NCBI RefSeq assembly: GCF_006345805.1
Contig: NW_021835445.1
Coordinates: forward strand, 1 to 45,902
Direction of reading: 5' to 3'
Length of the DNA: 45,902 nt
Origin: Octopus sinensis
Taxonomy: Eukaryota
Positions 25,231 through 37,284 of this stretch are shown piece by piece. Each line of letters begins with the position of its first letter. Position 1 is the stretch's first letter. The notes under the pieces are model-generated. The model had not been told where the DNA came from. It did no database searches and saw only the letters and a program-made list of their open reading frames with translations. The translations under genes were made by a program, and so were the position numbers.

Positions 25231-25424
25231 AAAATAATATGTGACAATTATTCGGTAGCCAAGATAAAACTCTGAGTTTCAGATGCCGAAGTGGAAAACC
25301 ACAACACCATCTCTTCGGTTATCTGGCCATCTGAAAAACAAGAGATGGTGTTGTGGATTTCCACCTCGGCATCTGAAACTCAGAGTTTTATCTTGGCTAC
25401 CGAATAATTGTCACATATTATTTT
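25231..25424. repeat. Hairpin: 85 bp arms (2 mismatches), 24 nt loop
   Basis: Arms 25231-25315 and 25340-25424 are reverse complements. Confidence 0.9.
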
Positions 25425-25522
25425 ACAGATAAATTCCTTTATTTACATAATATTGAGGTCTCTTTCTTTCTTTTGTTATCTTACCGTTTTTACCAATATA
25501 TATATGTATGTATATATATTTA

Positions 25523-25849
25523 TGTCAATGGTTAGAGCATTAAGCTTATGAATGTGAGGTTGTGAGTGTGAATCCCGGACTGGGCTAAGTTTTGTGTTCT
25601 TGAGCAAGACACTTTATTTCACGTTGCTCAAGTTCACTCAGCTGTAGAAATGAGTTGTGATGTTACAGGTGCCAAGCTGTATCGACCCCTTTGCCTTTCC
25701 CTCGGATAACACTGGTGACGTGGAGCGGATAGGCCGGTATGAATGGGCGACTGCTAGTCTTCCATAAACAACCTTGCCCGGACTTGTGCCTGGGAGGGTA
25801 ACTTTTTAGGTGCAATCCCATGGTCAGTCATGACCGAAGGGGGTCTCAG
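25523..25849 (+). mobile_element. tRNA-headed CORE-like SINE
   Basis: TGGTTAGAGC A-box-like and GTGAATCCC B-box-like motifs, then TTGAGCAAGACACTT...CACTCAGCTGTAGAAATGAG, a CORE-like block. Confidence 0.6.
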
Positions 25850-26948
25850 CTTTCAGCCGGTCCCTGTAAAAGGCACCCCGTCCTAGTTCATGTAAAGAGC
25901 ACACATGCTGATCCATGTGGTTATTCAACTTACTCCTTCCCCTGAAATTGCTGGCCTTGTGCCAAAATAATGTCAGAAACAATAATGCCTTGATATATGA
26001 GTTAATTTCTTCCTGGAGATTGCTCGTAAAGTGAAAACTCATAAAGCAAAGCAATAATTTCCCATAGAAGCAATGTTATAAATTGTAATTCATTCCCAGA
26101 AAAATATTTTACCAATAAAATTTATAATACTTGCAAATAAATGACAATAAAACAACAGTAGAATGTAAAGAATATTTTATGGAAAGTCAAAACAATGTCA
26201 AGATTATTTAGAATAAACAAAATATTATTATTATAATTGTTTTCTGAATCACTTTCACAAGACACAGGGACACCATCATTTGTAGACGTGACCACTGATT
26301 CACAAGCAAAGAAACAAGTCTAGAGTTGTTTACTGAGAAGCATTCCTTTGCTCTTTATAAACTTCTTGGTAAGACACAGATGCATTTGTTATGGTTGTAG
26401 AAACTTTCAAAATTTGGATGTTGTGCTTGAAAAATAAAACTCATAAACAATGTCTGTAACTTGGGAAATGAATCTATTCCTCATGAAATGTGTTCTCTGT
26501 CTGAGGGACATCCATGCTTCTTCTTTTTTGTGTGTTCACATCCTGAACTAGTTATTGCACAAATTAAATTTTTGGATGCACAAGTGAAATCAGTCTCAAT
26601 TATGAATCTCTGTCCTTGTTTAACATGGAATTCCGAACCTTCAAGTACTTTCAAGAATATTCCACCTTTCGACATCTGCATTCTATTGTTGAGCACCCAT
26701 TACACTCTCAGAGTGGTTGGTGAAAGGAAGAGCATCCAGCCGTAGAAACCATGCGAAATCAGACAGGAATCAGATGCAGCCTTCCAGCCCTGGTCAAAAT
26801 GTACAACCCATGCCAAGCATGGACACCTGGGTAAGTGTCTTCTATAATAACCTCGGGCCAACCAAAGCCCTGTGAGTGGATTTCGTGGATGGAAACTAAA
26901 TGAAGCCCGTTATGTGTAGATTGGTATGTGTGTGTATATCTCTCTCTA

Positions 26949-27329
26949 TTTACTCTTTTACTTGTTTCAGTCATTTGACTGTGGCCATGCTGGAGCACTG
27001 CCTTTAGTTGAGCAAATCGACCCCGGGACTTATTCTTTGTAAGCCCAGTACTTATTCTATCGGTCTCTTTTGCCGAGCCACTAAGTTATGGGGATATAAA
27101 CACACCAGCATCGGTTGTCAAGCAATGCTAGGGGGACAAACACACACATGTATATATACATCTATACAACAGGCTTCTCTCAGTTTCTATCTACCAAATC
27201 CACTCACAAGGTAATGGTCGGCCCAGGGCTATAGTAGAAGACATTTGCCCAAGATGGCATGCAGTGGGACTGAACCCGGAACCATGTGGTTGGGTAGCAA
27301 GCTACTTACCACACAGCCACTCCTGCGCC
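26949..27329 (-). mobile_element. SINE family 1, full-length head
   Basis: Ends in ...CACACAGCCACTCCTGCGCC (5' head on the minus strand). Confidence 0.85.
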
Positions 27330-28279
27330 TATGTTTGTGTTTGTGTTTGTCCCCTAATATCGCTTGACAACCGATGCTGGTGTGTTAAGCAGTTTGGCAA
27401 AAGGGGCAGATAGAATAAGTACTAGGTGTAGAAAGAATAAGTCTTGGGTATCCATTGTCTGCTTTGGCAAGGTTCCCATGGCTGGAGGCCCTTCCTAATG
27501 CCGACCCCTTTACTGAGTGCATTGGGTGCTTTTTATGTGGCACCAGCATCATTGGGAATCAGCAAGTAACTTGCAAGATAAAGATCCAATCAGTTGTCAG
27601 AGGGAGTGGAAGCGAGGGGGATGGCTTTTTGTCAGTTGAGAGGTTGATGTATAACAGCAGGAGAGAGACGAGTGTCTTACTATAGAGGAGAAACCTGACA
27701 ATTCCAGTAGGAAAAGAAAGGAGAGAATGATAGATGTATAGAGAGAAATGGATGGTGATGGAGATGTATGAGGACATACACAAAAGGTAGTGGTGGTGGG
27801 GGAATATTAGAGGTACAGAGGATAGAGGGGGATGTTTCATAGAAGTGTGAGGGGCTTATGAATGTGTGTGTGTGTGTGTTACTATATCCTTGCCTGGAGA
27901 CTGTATGATAGTTGTGGGTGTCACTGCCATGCAAGCAACGTTCATCGCCAATCTGACATAAAAACATGTCAGGTCACGGGGAAATATTTTAGTCTGAAAC
28001 AGGTGAAGGAAGGTTGGCAACAGGAAGGGCATCTGGACAGTGAAAATTCACCTCAATAAATATCATCTCACCAATGAGAGATTGGCAAATGTGGACATGG
28101 AGAACAATGATGACAGATGACTGGTATGGTTTGTCTCTCATGAAGGTTTAAGGAAGTAGTTACGCTGCTTCTATAAGCAAATGATTTGCCACATGTTTCA
28201 ATGATATGGCTTCTCTCATGTATGAAAACGTTTGAGACTAGACAAAGTGCTGTTTTTGGAAAATGATTTACCACAGGTA

Positions 28280-29185
<906 letters not shown>

Positions 29186-30314
29186 TTAATTGCTTTAACT
29201 AATTAACACTCAGATTACTCTGTAAAGTTTTTTTTTCAAAATTCTTCTTTATTAATCATTGATTATCTTATTGCATTAAGATTTCAACGATGTGATTCCT
29301 TATGTTTATATGACATTACAGGGTGAGTGTAAGAGGCCAGATGTGAGCAATTTTAACATAAAATATGCAGAATATTTGGGAATGGTATGCCCAGTTCAAA
29401 TCTTAAAGATTTAATTCAAATACAAATATAATTTTCTGTGTATTCCAGACAATAAAGAAGGGAAATTTTGCTACATATATGTCAGAGTTCAGAAGATATA
29501 TTTTGCAGTAATTCAGTATATATTTATAGAAACAGGGTTATACGTGTTATGAGTAAGACGTTCAATATTAATGATGTAGTTTATATTAAAATCCTGTGAT
29601 GCTGAGGTCATCCTATAATCTGAAACGAAAGAGAAACAAGTGTAAAACATACAAGATAATTAGGAATTAGAGAGATTAAAACAGTGAAAGTTTTACTACA
29701 TTTTTATATAGACATGTCCATAGAGGTGCAGGGATGGTTGTGTGGTAAGAATTTTGATTCCCAACACACAAATCTAATAAGGACACCCATTTTCTTCCTT
29801 CATTTCACTCCTTTCTTGAATTCCCAAGATTCCCTGTCACCATCCAATTCCATTAACGTGAATTTGAATTTGAATGCCTGAGACATTGTGAATCTTTCTT
29901 TAGCTGATTACACAACCATGGATACGTTGCAGTTACTCTCTTCATAGAGCCTGGTGATCCTGACCCCTGAACTACAAGGTTCCCTCTGCCCAGCATCAAT
30001 ATAAGAAGCATTGTTGGTTCAGCTGAGTTCTTCTGCTGCTTCTTCACAAACTGCCATGCTGCAGTCCCAAAGTTCGTCACAGAGTACCCCAGGTTAAAAA
30101 ATGGTTAGAAATCACAAAAAGGGAAAGTGGACCTTGGCGGAATTTGAACTCAGAAACTAATAATAATAATGGTAAATTATTTATGTGCAATACTTAATTA
30201 ACAAATGCTCCACCACCCATACAATGTGACGTGTGTGAGTTATGTGTGGGTAGGATCCCAGCAAATGTATTTCATCATATTAAATTCCAATATAATCGTA
30301 ATATACACAGTCTG

Positions 30315-30438
30315 GGTACTACTAGCGAACAGTGGTCCCGGTGCGCGCACTCGCACAAGCTAGTCGTAAGTAGTCGATCCTACAATTTTCTAAACCAAGT
30401 AAATAAATTATTTTTAAAAGGTCGTTGTAGGATCGACT
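30315..30438. mobile_element. Internally deleted, truncated MITE-1 copy in A3 arm
   Basis: Left TSD CACAGTCTG and left TIR intact; the telomere-like core and most of the right TIR are missing. Confidence 0.7.
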
Positions 30439-31169
30439 GTAGAAAATTTCATGAAAATTTCCCTCGTTTCATCAGGTTTCGAATATTATTTACGATGGGT
30501 AAAATCTAAACAAATTTTGAATTTCCAAAGATTTGCGACAATAAAAGGTTTTGTACAAAGAGAAAACGAACTTAAATATAAAAAATAAGACGGAATTATT
30601 ACTTTACTCACGATTAAATCTAAATCGTTATCTTCGAAGGAGTCCTTTTCCCTGCACTTTTGATACAAAAGCAGAAATTCATCCAGAAAAGGGATCAAAG
30701 AACTTCTCAGACACCAGAAACGATCCTGAGAAAAAAAATACCTTTAAATATGGGGTAAGTATAAAAGATGAATTGGTTTGTTTTGAATACCGAAACGAAA
30801 TATTAATATTGTACCAAACTTAACGGCAATTATTTAGGCCAAACATTATTTTTTTCCTATTTTGTTTTTTAGCTTAAATTCGGCCGATGTTAATTTTACC
30901 TTTCATAGCTTCGGAATAAATAAAATAAAGATTCTGTCAAAAACGTAAGTCGATGGTAGTTACTAATCTATCCCCCACTGATATTTAGAAAATACTGATA
31001 TTTAGAAAATGTGAAAGAGAAAGAAATTCATAAATAATTTTTTGCTTGAGTGTAATGGAAAAAAAGTTAAATTTAGTCTTCTTTTACAACCTTTTTTCTA
31101 TTAATTAAATAAAAAATTAACGAAACTAAATTTTTTTCCCACCAGCAGTTTCCATTATACTTTTTACCT

Positions 31170-31230
31170 TCACCGACCAATTTAGTCCGGTGGAACATAC
31201 GAGCAACTGATGAAGAAGGCGACGGTGAGA
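31170..31230 (+). promoter_or_regulatory. Candidate promoter / first non-coding exon of type-B gene
   Basis: CCAAT in GACCAATTT, a locally GC-richer stretch, then donor GACG|GTGAGA (GT at 31225); conserved at 15255-15320 in B1. Confidence 0.4.
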
Positions 31231-32694
31231 CATGTCGTGTCAAACAGCAGTCAAGCACTAGACAGATATACATGGGGTCAGAATGTAGGGATCTTTTCCT
31301 TTTGAACGGCACTTTGTAACATAGTTTCTAGGTAACTAAACACTTTTAAACTTCGTATACTGGTAGAATGTGTTTATGAAACATCTTTTCTCTTGGCTTT
31401 ATTGAGAAAATTCTATATTTTGTAAGATATTTGTTGTTGTTTTTCTTCAATTTCTGCAATTTCGACCAATCAATGACGTCTATTGAGGTGAAAACATTAT
31501 GTACCATATGAATATGTCCCTCGTTTAAGTAACAGATTGGGTTTATTTATATTTCTGAAGAAAAAAGAAATACCCTTTCTCCCACCCTAAGCAGAAAACA
31601 GATTGAAAAGCAATAGATTAAATAAGTACCATTTACGCACTAGGGTCGATACCATCGACTGAATCCGTTCGTCTGTTCTTGTTTGTCTCCTCTGTGTTTA
31701 GCCCCTTGTGGGTAGTAAAGAAAAATACATTAATTGTACCCCCACTTCATCAAATTATAAACCAACGTTTGTCACGGATATAAAAATGATTAACTCCTAA
31801 ACCAGTCTCACCGCGTATAACTGGTACACCGACTGACCTCTAAATAATCTTAAGTGTGAATAAAGAGCTCTTTAAATGTAGAGTTATTTCCCCCTAGCAA
31901 TTCCCGCCCTTTTTCTCCCGCGCTATTTTTCCATTCCCTGCTGTTATTTTTAAAAAACTGCCAGTCAAATCGAAAAGATCCCTGTTTCTTTCCGTTAACT
32001 TACTGAACACATAAAAAGATACGTTTAGCAAGTAGGAAATAGCAATTGCTACCCAAGGACAAAAACTGTGTTACACAATGTTATCTGTTGAAGGCCTTCA
32101 ATTCCTCTCAAATACAATGTTCATGTAAGATTGAGTCTGTGTTTTCATGAAGCCTTGTTTAAAAAAAATGTAGCAGTAAATGTCGTATATAAATGAACAC
32201 CAAGCCTTTGTCATAACCAAAGCTACACTCTGTCTTAAACTGTTGTTTCTCTCTTATTTCAGAATATTAGAGGACATTGGATTCAGAGGAATTTTACTGC
32301 AGAAGCGTCATCAATGTTTATTATATTTTGAAGACGATGTTACACAGAACTGGATATAAGAACCCTGTTTATGTAAATTAACTGCGAATTTCAGTAAAAT
32401 ATTTCCTCTGAGTGACATTATTGGTGAAATTTCTTGGATTAACTGTCCCAAATGGAGTAGAATATAATTTTGAATTCTGAATGAACTTGGATAAATTTAA
32501 AAAGACGTATGCAACATCTTAAAGATATCAGTAAAGCTTATATTTGCTAAAAATATGGCAGTTGTAACATTTGTTAGGAATAAAATATAGAAACAAGAAG
32601 AAAGGAAATTTCCAGACCATTTTGTTGAAGAAAGAAATTTCAGAAAGAGGAATTGTGTGAGAATCTTGGAGTTTTGTTAGTTTTAGCTGCAGAG

Positions 32695-34998
32695 ATGCCA
32701 AAAGAAAGAGGAAAATCTGTATACGACTGTGATATCTGTGGTAAAGCATTCTCTGCAAATAATGCATTGGCTATTCATAAACGCATTCATACAGGTGAGA
32801 AGCCCTATCACTGTGGTATCTGTGGTAAATCTTTCTCTCAAAGGAATACCTTGACAAATCACAATCATGTTCATACAGGTGAGAAACCACATCATTGCGA
32901 TGTCTGTGGTAAATATTTCTCTCTGGTAAATACCTTAAATGTTCATAAAAATATTCATATAGGAGAGAAAGCATACCATTGCGGCATATGTGGTGAATCA
33001 TTCTCTAGAAATAATACCTTAACTGCTCACAAACGAATTCATACAGGTGAGACACCATATCATTGTGATACCTGTGGGAAATCATTTCCTCATAGGAATA
33101 CCTTAACTGAACACAGACGTGTTCATACAGGTGAGAAGCCATACCACTGTAATATCTGTGGTAAATCATTCTCTCAAAAATCTATTTTGGCTATTCACAT
33201 GCATATCCATACAGGTGAGAAGCCATATCACTGTGATGTCTGTGGAAAATCTTTCTCTCAAAAGCCCCATCTAAGTGCACACAAACGCATCCACACAGGT
33301 GAGAAACCATATCATTGTGATATCTGTGGTAAATCTTTTACTCACAAAAATACCTTATCTAACCACAAACCTACTCATACAGGTGAGAGAAAATACCATT
33401 GTGATATTTGTGGTAAATCATTCTCTCGTAATAATCTCTTAATTGCACACAAACGTATTCATACAGGAGAGAGACCATATCACTGTAATATCTGTGGTAA
33501 ATCATTCAGTCGTAGTCACCATTTAACCGCTCATAAACATATTCATACAGGAGAGAAGCCATATCGCTGTGATATCTGTGGTAAATCATTCAGTCGTAGT
33601 CACCACTTAACCGCTCACAAGCATATTCATACTGGAGAGCAACCATATCGCTGTGATATCTGTGGTAAATCATTCTCTCACAGAAGTACCATAACTGTAC
33701 ACAAACATGTTCATTCAGGATTGAAACTATATCACTGTGATATCTGTGGTAAATCATTCTCTCAAAGTAGTAAAGTTACTCTTCACAAACGTATTCATAC
33801 AGGAGAGAAACCATATCATTGTGATACCTGTGGTAAATCTTTCTCTTACAAAACTAATTTAACTATTCACAGACACACTCATACAGGTGAGAAATTATAT
33901 CACTGTGATACCTGTGGTAAATCATTCTCTCATAAAAATACTCTAACTCTACACAAACAGACTCATACAGGATTGAAACCATATCGCTGTGATGTCTGTG
34001 GTAAATCATTCTCTCAGAGTGGTAAAGTTACTCTTCACAAACGCATTCATACAGGTGAGAAAGCATATCACTGTGATATATGCAGTAAATCAGTGTGACA
34101 ACTGTGATAAATCTTTCTCTTGCAAATCTAATTTAACTCATCACAAACTTACCCATACAGGTAGAAACCACATCACTGTGATATCTGTGGTAAATCATTT
34201 GCTCACAGAAGTTCTATAACTGTACACAAACGTGCCCATACAGGAGAGAAACCATATCACTGTGATATCTGTGGTAAATCATTCTCTCAAGGGTCTGAAT
34301 TAGCTATTCACAAACTTGTTCATACAGGAGAGAAACCTTTTCAGTGTGATATCTGTGATAAATCATTTTCCGTGAAAGTTAACTTAGCTAAACACAAACG
34401 TATTCACACAGGAGAGAAACGATATCATTGCGATACTTGTGAGAAATCATTTTCCCAAAAGGAACATTTAAGTAAACACAAACTTACTCATACAGGAGAG
34501 AAGCCACATCATTGTGATATTTGTGGTAAATCATTCTCTCAAAAGAGTAATTTGACTCAGCACAAACGTATTCATACAGGAGAAAAACCATATCACTGTG
34601 ATATCTGTAGTAAATCATTCTCTCGAAGTGGTGACTTATCCACTCACAGATTTGTCCATACAGATGAGAAACCTTACTACTGTGATATCTGTAGTAAATC
34701 ATTCTCTCGAAGTGGTGACTTATCCACTCACAGATTTGTCCATACAGGTGAGAAACCTTACCACTGTGATATCTGTGGTAAATCATTCTCTTTAAAAGCC
34801 TTCTTAACTAATCACAAACGTATTCATACAGGTGAGAGACCATATCAGTGTGATATCTGTGATAGATCATTCACTCAAAAGGGACATTTAAATAAACACA
34901 AAGGTATTCATTCAGGAATGAAATCACATCATTGTGACACCTGTGGTGAATCATTCTCTGAAATAGATCACTTGACCACTCACAGACTCATTCATTAG
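32695..34998 (+). pseudogene. ZNF-B2: truncated paralog of B1 (ORF stops after 16 fingers, 467 aa; ~28 units in total)
   Basis: 62 bp deletion at ~34092 relative to B1 gives GTG TGA at 34093-34098; a further 1 bp loss at ~34162; downstream fingers are open again to 34998. Confidence 0.85.
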
Positions 34999-35234
34999 GA
35001 GAGAATCCATGTCATTGTGATATCTGTGGTGAATGGTTCTCTCAAATAAATCTCTTAGATAAACACAGACACACATTGATATGGAAGAGAAACCATGTAA
35101 CTGATTCTGTGGTATATCCTTCTCTCAAAAAAGACAATTAACTACAGATATATTTCTCATCAGAGAGAAGAGTGACTGTATCAATGTCAAAAGTCATTTG
35201 TTGAAAGGAATATCTTATTTAACAATAAATGTAT

Positions 35235-35516
35235 GTGGAGGCACATGGCCTAGTGGTTAGAGCAGCTGACTTGCGGTCGAGCGATCACGGGTTCGAATCT
35301 CAGATTGGACAATGTGTGTGTTTATGAGTGAAACACCTGAGCTCCACGTGGTTCCAGCAGAAGGTAATGACGAACTTCTGCTGACTCTTTTGCTACAACT
35401 TTCTCTCACTCTTTCCTCCTGCATCTTGCAGCTCACCTGCGACGGACCGGCGTCCCATCCAGGTGGTGAGCCTATATGCCAGGAAACCGGCCCTTATGAG
35501 CTAGGCATGGCTCGAG
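35235..35516 (+). mobile_element. tRNA-derived SINE (family 2)
   Basis: TGGCCTAGTGG A box and GGGTTCGAATCTC B box; counterpart of 9904-10185. Confidence 0.85.
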
Positions 35517-36030
35517 AAAGAACAAACAAACAACAACAACAATAAATATATCCTCACAATAAAGAAGATATAACAGCATGTGATAACAAGTTGCTAACAC
35601 TATATTTTTATATATCCTCATCAATTCTGATATTTTTAATAAAAGCTGTTTTTTCATAATATTCAGAATTTTGTCAGTGAAAAGGTCATGGTCTGAAAGC
35701 GACGGAAATATTTTGACAAATTAAATTTAAATGTTGAAGTGAATCGAACGGCTTTTGTGTGTCTTTTTAATGGCTTATAAGCACCTTCCACGCTGCAATT
35801 GTTTTTCGTTCCAGCACACGATCTGAGATCAGGTCACTTGCTATGCAAGTACATCTCCGTAACATATATATTCCATGTAAGATATGAATAAAAAAATACT
35901 GTCAATGTTTGTCCAGTTGTGTGTATGGGAGATGAGGAATGCCTTTTCATGCTTCAGTGATGGCATTACCTCATAGGTTGTTATGCTAGAAATAGATACG
36001 CAAACCATAAATGGAAATACTTCATTATAG

Positions 36031-36581
36031 GCACAGACGTGACTGTGCGGTAAGAAGCTTGCTTCCTAACCACACAGGTTCGGGGTTCAGTCCCCTTGCA
36101 TGGCCTCCTTCTACTTCAGGAGTAGGCTGACCAAAATCTTGGGAGTGGATTTGGTAGACGGAAACTGAAAGAAGCCCTGGCACGTAAAAAGCACCCACTA
36201 CACTCTTGGAATGGTTGGCGTTAGGAAGGGCATCCAGCTGTAGAAACTCTGCCAAATCAAGATGGTGCAGCCATCTGGTTCGCCAGACCTCAGTCAAAAC
36301 CGTCCAACCCATACTAGCATGGGAAGCAGACGTTAAACGATGATAATGATGATGATGATGATGATATATATATGTATGTGTGTGTGTGTGTTTTGTCCCC
36401 TCAACATTGCCTGACAACCGATGCTGGTGTGTTTACGTCCCCGTAACTTAGCAGTTCGGCAAAAGTGAACGATAGTATAAGTACTAGGCTTCCAAAGATT
36501 AAGTCCTGGGGTCGATTTGCTCGACTAAAGGTGGTGCTCCAGCATGGCCACAGTCAAATGACTGAAACAAGTAAAAGAGTA
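36031..36581 (+). mobile_element. SINE family 1 with a nested (GAT)n-tailed retroposon fragment at ~36178-36365
   Basis: The insert TGGTTGGCGTTAGGAAGGGCATCCAGCTGTAG...GATGATGAT is absent from the paralogous copy at 9019-9390; related pieces lie at ~26700-26825 and ~27450-27560. Confidence 0.75.
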
Positions 36582-37284
36582 GAAGGGCATTTTTACTCAA
36601 TCAGAGAAGTTGGCATTTTGTGCATGGTGGCAACATTATGACGACTAGGCATACAACGATCGAAGTTTTAATAAAAAGAATCCCGTGAAATGTTGGAACA
36701 GGTTTGTAAAAAAGGTACCAAAAAAAAAAAACCCCTAAAACTGAATCTGCGATATTTCACCACCGCAATTCTCGTTTGCGAGTAAATTGAAGAGATTTGG
36801 CTGCCATTTCTAGCATATGTAGAGACCTCCTAGGCTTTACTTGATACGCTGGTTGGACTACCATCGACTTCTGTTTTTGACTGGATCTTTATTTTATTGA
36901 TTCCGAAGCTATGAAAGATAAAATTATGTTTCAGCTCAGAACAAAAAGAAAATTAACATGCATTCAGTCAGAACAAAAAGAAAATTGCCATTAAGTTTGA
37001 TACAATACTACAATTTCCTTTCGGTATTCAAAACAAACTAATTCATGTTTTATACACACCCCATTTTTAACGGTATTTTTTTTCTCAGGATCGCTTCTGG
37101 TGTCTGAGAAGTTCTTTGATCCCTTTTCTGGATGAATTTCTGCTTTTGTATCAAAACTGCAGGGAAAAGGACTCCTTCGAAGATAACGATTGAGATTTAA
37201 TCGTGAGTAAAGTAATAATTCCGTCTTATTTTTTAGATTTAAGTTCGTTTTCTCTTTGTACAAAACCTTTATTGTCGCAAATCG

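Larger units (their letters stand above)
30961..36856 (+). other. Type-B cassette, copy 2 (opposite orientation relative to the type-A arms)
   Basis: Reverse complement of 8739-15506; same arm boundaries. Confidence 0.85.

Noticed and set aside
34096-34140. Rescue of B2 by A-to-I editing of the TGA stop
   Set aside because: Several further stops (TGA, TAA, TAA) follow in the same shifted frame before the frame is restored.
35235-35310. tRNA-like sequences (also 10110-10185, 22600-22676, 1620-1705)
   Set aside because: A and B boxes are present, but there is no complete cloverleaf and they continue into a shared SINE body.
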